Origin: Maricaulis salignorans
Lineage (GTDB): Bacteria; Pseudomonadota; Alphaproteobacteria; Sphingomonadales; Sphingomonadaceae
Assembly (NCBI GenBank): GCA_943368745.1
Contig: CALRLP020000004.1
Span: 17,617 to 81,616 of the forward strand
Length of the DNA: 64,000 nt
Direction: 5' to 3'
The position numbers and the translations under genes are program-made. A model generated the notes under the pieces. It did no database searches and was not told the DNA's origin. It saw only the letters and a list, made by a program, of their open reading frames with translations. Of the stretch, positions 56,965-64,000 are shown piece after piece (position 1 is the stretch's first letter; every line of letters begins with the position of its first letter).

Positions 56965-57390
56965 ATGTTAAAATCGTCAAGCCGCAAGAAGGAGGCCACC
57001 GCTGTCGTCGCCCAGCTTATTGATATGTCGTTAGCGGAGCTTCGTGCAGAATGGCAACGCCGATACGGCCCGCCGCCTAAGCATCGAGCATCAGATTTGT
57101 TGCGGCGCGTTCTGGCTTGGCGCATCCAAGCCGATGCTTTCGGCGATCTCGATGCTGCGACGCGGCGGATACTCTCTAAGGAGCAAAATGTGCTGCGCCC
57201 TTCTGCCCAGCCAGGGATGCGATTGGCGCGTGAATGGGCAGGCCTTCGCTACGAGGTGGTCGTGATCGAAAACGGCGTGGTCTTTGAGGGGCAGACCTTT
57301 GGAAGCCTTTCAGAGGTTGCGCGGCATATCACAGGCCGCCGATGGAACGGACCGCGCTTCTTTGGCCTGCGGGGTGTCAACGTACGATGA
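56965..57390 (+). CDS. DUF2924 family protein
   Basis: LAWRIQADAFGDL, PGMRLAREWAG..YEV, SLSEVARHITGRRWNGPRFFGL. Confidence 0.92.
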   Translation: MLKSSSRKKEATAVVAQLIDMSLAELRAEWQRRYGPPPKHRASDLLRRVLAWRIQADAFGDLDAATRRILSKEQNVLRPSAQPGMRLAREWAGLRYEVVVIENGVVFEGQTFGSLSEVARHITGRRWNGPRFFGLRGVNVR

Positions 57391-59015
57391 CCGAGGCAAA
57401 GACAAAGTTCCGCTGTGCTATCTACACCCGCAAATCAACCGATGAAGGCCTTGAGCAGAACTTCAACAGTCTAGACGCACAGCGTGCCGCCTGCGAGGCG
57501 TATATCCAAAGCCAAGCTGGCGAAGGCTGGGAATGCCTGCCACAGCTTTATGACGATGGTGGATGGTCGGGTGGCAATATGGAGCGACCTGCTCTTAAAC
57601 GGCTTCTTGACGAAATCTCCAAAGGCCAGGTGGATATAGTCGTGGTCTACAAGGTCGATCGATTGACCCGAAGCCTAACAGACTTTGCCCGCATTGTTGA
57701 AACGTTCGATAACAATAAAGCTTCATTCGTGAGCGTGACCCAAGCATTCAATACAACCAACAGTATGGGCCGGCTTACGCTCAATGTCCTCTTGTCCTTT
57801 GCGCAGTTCGAACGCGAGGTCACAGGCGAGCGAATCAGGGACAAGATTGCCGCATCCATGGCACGGGGTATCTGGATGGGCGGGAGCATCCCTAAAGGCT
57901 ATGACCTCGGAGACCGTAGGCTGGATGTAAACCCGATCGAGGCGGAACAGGTCCGCTATATTTTTAAGCGCTATCTTGAGCTAAACTCCCTCATCTCTCT
58001 CGCCAAAGATCTTGCCCAAAACAACATCCGATCCAAACGATGGACAGCGCGAAGCGGCAAGGAACGAGGTGGATATCTTTATGACCCAAGCGGGCTCTCT
58101 TATCTGCTGCGCAATCGTATCTACTTGGGCCAAATAACCCACAAGGATAAGTCTTATCCCGGCGAGCATGATGCCATCATTGAGGTTGACCTGTTCCAGC
58201 AAGTGCAAGAACGACTTGCTGCGAACCACCATAAGTTTGTGAATAGGCAAACACGCTCTGCAGCCTGCCCGCTTCACAACAAAATCTTTGATGCCCAAGG
58301 TAGACCCATGCGGCCAAACTTTGGTTATGGGCGCGGCAAAAAGATCTACCGTTATTATGTGAGCGACACATTGCTACCGCTTGGCCGGCTCAAAGCTGGA
58401 AGTTCAACTCCCCTTGGCGACAGGCTGTCGGCAGAACGTACCGAACGATTTTTGCAGGATAGGCTTCGCAGTCTTAAGCCCGACGGTCCTGACTTCGAGA
58501 TCTTCGAGGCCATTGAGAGGGTAATGTTCTCATCCAACAAACTGACCGTGACATTGCGAGTTGCAGAGTTGATTGGCACTAACGCATGTGAAGACACGCT
58601 ACTCGCCAAAGCACAGCAGATCGATCCGGCTGCGAAAATAGGTGATGATGATCTCTTACTGTCTCTTGATGCGCGGCCGGTGCGACGCGGCAAGTCGGTG
58701 CGGTCCATCGACTGCGTCTTGGATGCGCCAGAACAAAGAAGAGTGTTAGCGGAACTGGTACGAACCTCGCATCGCAAGCTGACAGAGTTGAACGCCTCAC
58801 CACTTCATCCCGAAATGCACGAGCACATGTCGACGCCCATCAACGAATGGACACGCGAGCGCATTGCGATAGGACTGTTGGCACCAGATATCCAGAAAGC
58901 CCTGCTTACTGGAAAAGCACCTTTAGGGCTTTACCCGGAGAAACTGCTGTCTCGGGATATGCCTCTGGACTGGAAAGGTCAGAGGAAGTTTTTAGGCATG
59001 CAGCATGCTACCTAG
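57387..59015 (+). CDS. Large serine recombinase
   Basis: CAIYTRKS catalytic Ser, NSLDAQR, YDDGGWSGG, YKVDRLTRS, GRLTLNVLLSFAQFEREV, NRIYLG; ATGA overlap with DUF2924. Confidence 0.95.
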   Translation: MTEAKTKFRCAIYTRKSTDEGLEQNFNSLDAQRAACEAYIQSQAGEGWECLPQLYDDGGWSGGNMERPALKRLLDEISKGQVDIVVVYKVDRLTRSLTDFARIVETFDNNKASFVSVTQAFNTTNSMGRLTLNVLLSFAQFEREVTGERIRDKIAASMARGIWMGGSIPKGYDLGDRRLDVNPIEAEQVRYIFKRYLELNSLISLAKDLAQNNIRSKRWTARSGKERGGYLYDPSGLSYLLRNRIYLGQITHKDKSYPGEHDAIIEVDLFQQVQERLAANHHKFVNRQTRSAACPLHNKIFDAQGRPMRPNFGYGRGKKIYRYYVSDTLLPLGRLKAGSSTPLGDRLSAERTERFLQDRLRSLKPDGPDFEIFEAIERVMFSSNKLTVTLRVAELIGTNACEDTLLAKAQQIDPAAKIGDDDLLLSLDARPVRRGKSVRSIDCVLDAPEQRRVLAELVRTSHRKLTELNASPLHPEMHEHMSTPINEWTRERIAIGLLAPDIQKALLTGKAPLGLYPEKLLSRDMPLDWKGQRKFLGMQHAT

Positions 59016-59199
59016 AATGCGCCTAATATCATAAGTGTCACGGGCTATCGCGCGCAGAGACTGAGGGTCAAATCAAGGCGATTTGGCCCTCTTTTGGTCT
59101 CCGCAGAGACTTTAGAGCAGCGGCACTAAGCCCGGAGGGGCCCAGAAAGGCGCCGTTTCTGGGCTGAAGATGTCGTTGGGGTTTTATCTGTGAGGTGTA

Positions 59200-59273
59200 T
59201 GGAGGCCCGAGCCGGAATCGAACCGGCGTGCAAGGATTTGCAGTCCTCTGCGTCACCACTCCGCCATCGGGCC
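59200..59273 (-). tRNA. tRNA-Cys(GCA)
   Basis: 74 nt; GGCCCGA/TCGGGCC acceptor stem, CTGCAAA anticodon loop, GTTCGATTC T-loop, CCA end. Confidence 0.97.
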
Positions 59274-59486
59274 CCTAAACAACAACCTGCCTAATCAGCA
59301 ATGCCGCCATGTGGTGAAGGCGGGCACTTAGCGGCTTGCAGAATTCATTGCAACCGGCAATCTGGAATGCTGTGCCATGTGCGCCACAAGCCATGGAAAA
59401 AGTTGCTATTTGCATCCTGAAATAGGCCGTTTGTCTGAATCCAGCTTGGCGGGACGGGTTCGGATAGCTAGAACCAAAGTCGAAGG

Positions 59487-59508
59487 CTGTATTGTGTTTG
59501 CAATACAG
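59487..59508. promoter_or_regulatory. Palindromic operator candidate upstream of pcm-tolC
   Basis: CTGTATTG-N6-CAATACAG perfect 8-bp inverted repeat 38 nt before ATG 59547. Confidence 0.5.
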
Positions 59509-59546
59509 TTGTGCCACATGGCCAGCAGATTAATGGAAATATTCCG

Positions 59547-60131
59547 ATGGAATCAGGTAAATTTGAAGATATGCGGCGTTCTATGGTGGACAGCCAGCTG
59601 CGTACAAGCGGTGTAACCGAAAGCTGGGTGCTTGCCGCCATGGGCAGCATCGCGCGCGAAGATTATGTCCCCGTTTCGCACCAGATGACGGCCTATATGG
59701 ACCGCTCGCTTGAACTGGAAAATGGCGAGATGTTAAATCCGCCGGTTTCAACTGCGTTGTTGTTGCAGGCCGCTGACGTGCAGGCGGACGACAATGTCTT
59801 GCTCATTGGCAAAGCTAATGGATATGTCGCTGCGATATTGAAAACCCGCACCGCGCATTTGACCACGGCGGCCGCAGATAATCTCGGCGCTGCCAGCGCC
59901 AGCGCACCTTATGCCTGCATCATTGTCGATGGCGCCGCTGAAGAACTGCCCGATGCGCTCTTCGCGCTCGCGGCGGATGGCGCACGGTTGGTAACTGGCA
60001 TTGTTGAGGGCGCCGTTACGCGCCTCGCAAAAGGATATGTGCAGAACGGGAATATTGCTTTGAAATCAATCGCGGATAGCGAGATTGCACCTTTGGCCGC
60101 ATTTGCACGCAAACCGGAGTTTGTGTTTTGA
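59547..60131 (+). CDS. pcm: Protein-L-isoaspartate O-methyltransferase-like protein (short, degenerate SAM motif)
   Basis: RRSMVDSQLR..GV, IAREDYVP, AYMDR; position ahead of tolC. Confidence 0.75.
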   Translation: MESGKFEDMRRSMVDSQLRTSGVTESWVLAAMGSIAREDYVPVSHQMTAYMDRSLELENGEMLNPPVSTALLLQAADVQADDNVLLIGKANGYVAAILKTRTAHLTTAAADNLGAASASAPYACIIVDGAAEELPDALFALAADGARLVTGIVEGAVTRLAKGYVQNGNIALKSIADSEIAPLAAFARKPEFVF

Positions 60132-61594
60132 ACGCGCGTCATTTTATCACTGTCGCATTGCTCGCGTCGGCAGCATGTTCGGCTCCAGCCATGGCGGATA
60201 CGCTCCGCGATGCGCTCGTCTCGGCCTATGAAACCAACCCGAACCTGACCGCAGCGCGCGAAGGACAGCGCGCGACAAACGAAGCTGTACCGCTGGCTAA
60301 GGCCAATGGTCGCCCTGATGTCATCGTTCAGCCAACCTATGTCGAAAATGTGCTTCAGGACAGCGGCGCATCGGTTGTTCAAGCGCGTGGCGTCAGCATC
60401 AACGGCACCATTTCCGCGCCGCTTTATGCAGGTGGTGGCATTAGAAACGCCGTGCGCGCCGCGGAAAATCGCGTCGAGGCAGGGTTTGCCAATCTGCGCG
60501 GCACCGAAAGCGCCATTTTCTCGGCTGTGGTCGGCGCATATATGGACGTCATTCGCGACGAATCGATTGTTGACCTGAACCGCGCCCAAGTTGGCGTGCT
60601 CTCGGTCAATCTGGACGCCACGCGCGACCGGTTTGAAATCGGCGACCTTACCCGAACCGATGTCGCGCAGTCCGAAGCACGTCTGGCGCTGGCAACGAGC
60701 AATTTGGAAACGGCACGTGCCAACCTCATTCGTTCAAAAGAAATCTACATCCAACTGGTCGGCCGCGAGCCGGGAGAATTGCAGGCACCTCCGCCGCTGC
60801 CCAATTTGCCCGCCACCCCCGACAGCGCGGTAAGCGTCGCCTTGGAAAACAACCCTGACCTTATTGCGGCACGCGAGTCGCGTGAGGCGGCGCGGTTTGA
60901 CCGCCGTGCGGCCAATGCATCGCGTCTGCCCACTATCAGCGTATTTACGTCGCCATCGTACAGCAATGCCCTTGGTTCCATCTCGTCGAATATTCCAGGG
61001 TTTCAGGCAGACAATAGTTCGCTGAATGCACAAGCCGGCGTGCGCGCGACTTTGCCATTATATCAAGGTGGCCAACCTGCGGCGCAAATCCGTCAGGCGC
61101 AGGCGCGTCTTGGTCAGGCACAGGAACTGGAAATAGCGGCTGAGCGCGAAGCGATTGCACAGACACGGGCGTCATATGCCAGCTGGAAGGCGGCGCTTGA
61201 TGTCATCGCCGCTTCGGAACGTGCGGTGTCGGCAAATGAGCTGTCGTTAGAAGGCACGCGTGCCGAGAATAGCGTCGGCAACCGCACAATCCTCGATATT
61301 TTGAATGCCGAGCAGGAATTGTTGAACAGCAAAGTTCAACTCGTTGCGGCACGCCGCAATGCGTATGTCGCTGGCTTCAGTTTGCTTGCGGCCATGGGCA
61401 AGGCAGAGGCACGTGATTTGGGTCTCGAAAGCGGAACTTTGTACGATCCCGTCGCGGACTATCAGAAGGTTGATGGCGCTTGGAACGACTGGTCATCGCA
61501 GCCCGATCCTGTCGCCAAATCAACCCGAACCGTTGACACGCAGGCGCAAAAAGCAGAAATAGAGCCGATTTCTACGGGCGGAAAATCGCGCTAA
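60128..61594 (+). CDS. tolC: TolC family outer-membrane protein
   Basis: Signal peptide; AYETNPNL, RFEIGDLTRTDVAQSEARL, GNRTILDILNAEQEL. Confidence 0.93.
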   Translation: MNARHFITVALLASAACSAPAMADTLRDALVSAYETNPNLTAAREGQRATNEAVPLAKANGRPDVIVQPTYVENVLQDSGASVVQARGVSINGTISAPLYAGGGIRNAVRAAENRVEAGFANLRGTESAIFSAVVGAYMDVIRDESIVDLNRAQVGVLSVNLDATRDRFEIGDLTRTDVAQSEARLALATSNLETARANLIRSKEIYIQLVGREPGELQAPPPLPNLPATPDSAVSVALENNPDLIAARESREAARFDRRAANASRLPTISVFTSPSYSNALGSISSNIPGFQADNSSLNAQAGVRATLPLYQGGQPAAQIRQAQARLGQAQELEIAAEREAIAQTRASYASWKAALDVIAASERAVSANELSLEGTRAENSVGNRTILDILNAEQELLNSKVQLVAARRNAYVAGFSLLAAMGKAEARDLGLESGTLYDPVADYQKVDGAWNDWSSQPDPVAKSTRTVDTQAQKAEIEPISTGGKSR

Positions 61595-61617
61595 TCCAAC
61601 GCAGCGGAACAAATTTT

Positions 61618-62025
61618 ATGGCAGACAATCGCAGCGAACCGTCAATGGACGAAATATTGTCGTCGATTAAGCGTATTATCGCCGATGATGACCGCAGCCG
61701 TCCTGCAACCAAACGCGCCAAGTCGGTTACGCGCGAAGAGGAAGAAGTCCTCGAGCTCACGACAGCCGATGAAAATGCGATTGCTGAAGATCGCTTGCTC
61801 GACGATAGCAAAGCGCAAAACCTGCGCCATAGCTTTTCAGCGCTGCAAACCCTCTCCGAACCCGGCGTAGCACCGCAAATCGTTCGGTCAGGGGAAACCT
61901 CGCTTGAGGGTCTGACACGCGAATTGCTGCGTCCCATGCTGAAGGATTGGCTCGATACCCATTTGCCGCCAATCGTCGAAGCGATGGTTGAGCGGGAAAT
62001 CACCCGCATCACGAAAAAGGGTTGA
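61618..62025 (+). CDS. popZ: Pole-organizing protein PopZ (DUF2497)
   Basis: EPSMDEILSSIKRII N-terminus; LLRPMLKDWLDTHLPPIVEAMVEREI C-terminus. Confidence 0.92.
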   Translation: MADNRSEPSMDEILSSIKRIIADDDRSRPATKRAKSVTREEEEVLELTTADENAIAEDRLLDDSKAQNLRHSFSALQTLSEPGVAPQIVRSGETSLEGLTRELLRPMLKDWLDTHLPPIVEAMVEREITRITKKG

Positions 62026-63299
62026 TGCGCGCGGCGTTGATACTCGCGGCGGCGTTGGCGTTTTCGCCAGCAGCTTCATTTGCGCAAAACCTCTATATTG
62101 AAACAGGCAGGCTGTTGGATGTTCAGGCCGGCCAAGTCCTGACAGGGCAATGCATCAGCATAGCTGCAGACAAAATCACCACAGTTGCCCCTTGTGGCCC
62201 GACGCCCGCGGGCAGCGAACGGCTTGATTGGTCGGCATATACTGTCCTGCCCGGTTTAATCGATTTGCACACCCATCTGGCCGACGCGAGCCAAAGCGCG
62301 GATTTAGCCCTTCCGCTGAAAACGTCGCCTGCGGCAACCGCGTTAATTGGCGCCCATAATGCGCGGCTCACGCTTGAGGCCGGTTTTACCACCGTGCGTG
62401 ATGTCGGCACCTATCGCGGTCTAACCGATGTTGCAGTGCGCGATGCCATCAATGCCGGCGATGTTCCCGGCCCGCGCATGTTTGTCGCTGGCGCATATAT
62501 TACGATCCCAAAGGGCGGCGGTGAACTCAACGGTGTCGTTCCCAACGAGCAGCTTCCGGCCGACATGCGTCTGGGTGTTGCGGGCACAGCCGACGAAGCC
62601 GCCGCGAAAACCGCGTTCTTAATAGACCACGGCGCTGATTTCATCAAAACCATCGCCACGGGCGCGGTGCTTGCGATTGGCACCGAACCCGGCGAGCCGG
62701 AATTGACCGAAGATCAACTGCGCGCAGTGGTGACGACCGCCAAGGCGCGGGGCAAATTTGTGACGGCACATGCGCACGGCGCGGTCGGGATCAAAAGCGC
62801 CATCCGCGCGGGCGTGCGTTCCATTGAGCATGCCAGCCTGATCGACGATGAAGCGCTCAAAATGGCCAAAGAAAGCGGCACATGGCTGGTCATGGACATC
62901 TATAATGGTGATTATATTGACGATGTCGGCACCCGCGAAAAATGGCCCGAAGAATATTTGCGGAAGAACCGTGAGACGACCGATATCCAGCGCGCTGGCT
63001 TTACCAAAGCGGTGAAGATGGGCGTGAAGATTGCTTATGGAACCGACAGCGGCGTGTATCCGCACGGCGATAATGCCAAGCAATTTGCGTATATGGTCCG
63101 CTATGGCATGACCCCGATGCAGGCCGTCCAAAGCGCGACCATCCGCGCGGCGGAACTGTTAGGCAAAGAGGATATGCTGGGAAGCGCACAGCCGGGGCGC
63201 TTTGCCGATCTGGTGGCCGTGAAGGGCGATCCGCTTCAGGACATCCGCGTGCTGGAAAATCTGACCCACGTCATGAAAGACGGCAAGCTGGTCCGCTAA
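62025..63299 (+). CDS. Exported amidohydrolase (Xaa-Pro dipeptidase-like)
   Basis: PGLIDLHTH, GFTTVRD, FIK, AHAHG, SIEH, YGTDSG motifs. Confidence 0.88.
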   Translation: MRAALILAAALAFSPAASFAQNLYIETGRLLDVQAGQVLTGQCISIAADKITTVAPCGPTPAGSERLDWSAYTVLPGLIDLHTHLADASQSADLALPLKTSPAATALIGAHNARLTLEAGFTTVRDVGTYRGLTDVAVRDAINAGDVPGPRMFVAGAYITIPKGGGELNGVVPNEQLPADMRLGVAGTADEAAAKTAFLIDHGADFIKTIATGAVLAIGTEPGEPELTEDQLRAVVTTAKARGKFVTAHAHGAVGIKSAIRAGVRSIEHASLIDDEALKMAKESGTWLVMDIYNGDYIDDVGTREKWPEEYLRKNRETTDIQRAGFTKAVKMGVKIAYGTDSGVYPHGDNAKQFAYMVRYGMTPMQAVQSATIRAAELLGKEDMLGSAQPGRFADLVAVKGDPLQDIRVLENLTHVMKDGKLVR

Positions 63300-63328
63300 T
63301 TTTCGCAGTCTGGCGATTTCGGACAAAC

Positions 63329-63352
63329 AAAAGGGCGGGGAAGTACCCGCCC
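63329..63352 (-). terminator. Intrinsic terminator for the small minus-strand ORF
   Basis: GGGCGGG-6nt-CCCGCCC followed by TTTTGTTT on the minus strand. Confidence 0.7.
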
Positions 63353-63392
63353 ATCCGTTGCTTATTTGAAAAGCTATTTTCTCAGACGCCAA

Positions 63393-63464
63393 TTATACCA
63401 TTGTGACCGAGAAAAGCAGGCTGCTGAGCGCGATGGCGCCAACAAAGCTAGCCAATTTCTGCAT
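63393..63464 (-). CDS. Unannotated 23-aa hydrophobic peptide MQKLASFVGAIALSSLLFSVTMV
   Basis: RBS AAGGAA 6 nt before ATG; single hydrophobic helix; own terminator. Confidence 0.55.
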   Translation of the reverse strand: MQKLASFVGAIALSSLLFSVTMV

Positions 63465-63711
63465 ATTTCATTCCTTCTACTTGCCGCACAGCCAAATGGC
63501 CGGGTCGTCCCGTGGAAGGCATCCTTTTTTATGTTTTCGTTGTTGCGATCCCCCTACCGGCAAAAAATTTAAACTCAAGTTATTTAGTAGACAATATGAT
63601 TGCATAAAACGCAACTGCTGGGCGGCGGCTTTGCAAAAACCCAACCCCAATTTTGAAATTTCCGCCTGTAATTTTCTTGCCTGCCTGCCTTACGCTGACT
63701 AGCGTGTGGCC

Positions 63712-64000
63712 ATGAGAAAAACCATCCTGCTTGCCGCAATCATCGGCACTTCCGCCCTTTCCTCCGCTGCGTTTGCGCGCCCGATGACGGAGACCGACCT
63801 CGCGACAATGAAGCGCCTTTCGGGCGCAACGGCATCGCCCGACGGGACAATGATCGCCTATCAATTGCGCGAGACCGATTTGGCCGCGAACAAGGGCAAG
63901 ACCGACCTCTATATGCTCAAAATCGGTGCCAATCCCCAGCCAATGATGTTCGCATCAAAACCCGATATGAATGAGCATGACCCCGCCTTTGCCCCCGATG
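63712..64000 (+). CDS. S9 family (prolyl oligopeptidase-like) peptidase, N-terminal part (runs off window end)
   Basis: MRKTILLAAII signal peptide; RPMTETDL...SPDG...IAY...D..ANKG.TDLY beta-propeller start. Confidence 0.75.
   Translation, partial: MRKTILLAAIIGTSALSSAAFARPMTETDLATMKRLSGATASPDGTMIAYQLRETDLAANKGKTDLYMLKIGANPQPMMFASKPDMNEHDPAFAPD

Larger units (their letters stand above)
39394..59205. mobile_element. ~19.8-kb genomic island integrated at the 3' end of tRNA-Cys (DUF2924 + large serine recombinase type)
   Basis: ATGGAGG at 39394-39400 and 59199-59205 (the latter is the tRNA 3' end); inverted GTCTCTGC (39423) / GCAGAGAC (59054, 59103); recombinase next to the tRNA; left boundary inferred. 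Confidence 0.7.

Noticed and set aside
1-64000. CRISPR array or rRNA
   Set aside because: No regularly spaced repeat-spacer array and no rRNA-like sequence seen. The 22-bp iteron units have only 10-nt variable parts and no cas genes nearby.

Overview
GC-rich alphaproteobacterial chromosome segment, most likely Sphingomonadales (Sphingorhabdus-like; inferred from gene content and order). It has four zones. (1) 1-28 kb is mostly core genes (oxoprolinase, hemC/hemD/Mic60-like, tsaD, gpsA, queG, CYP153-type P450, msrB, purD, xseA). Just 3' of tRNA-Ser(GGA) sits a two-gene module: a lipoprotein-TPR-secretin fusion with no N-domains and an unrecognised exported Cys-containing protein, with no other secretion or pilus genes in the window. 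(2) 28-39.3 kb is a general stress response cluster (phyR, nepR, ecfG, two kinases, Crp, TopIB, small stress proteins) with eight EcfG-type promoter motifs and an unannotated ~117-nt sRNA candidate with a C-rich loop directly behind phyR. (3) 39.4-59.2 kb is a ~19.8-kb island at tRNA-Cys(GCA), bounded by ATGGAGG direct repeats and encoding DUF2924 plus a large serine recombinase. It has a 22-bp-phased iteron array, five copies of a short repeat family, a decapitated MerR module, and a galT-galK-TonB receptor-esterase-GPH transporter-VOC-epoxide hydrolase-Coq4-TetR-GH42 cargo suggesting catabolism of a lipophilic galactoside. (4) 59.5-64 kb holds pcm-tolC-popZ, an amidohydrolase, an unannotated 23-codon membrane peptide and the start of an S9 peptidase. 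No rRNA or CRISPR array was seen. All calls come from reading motifs by eye; no database searches were run.
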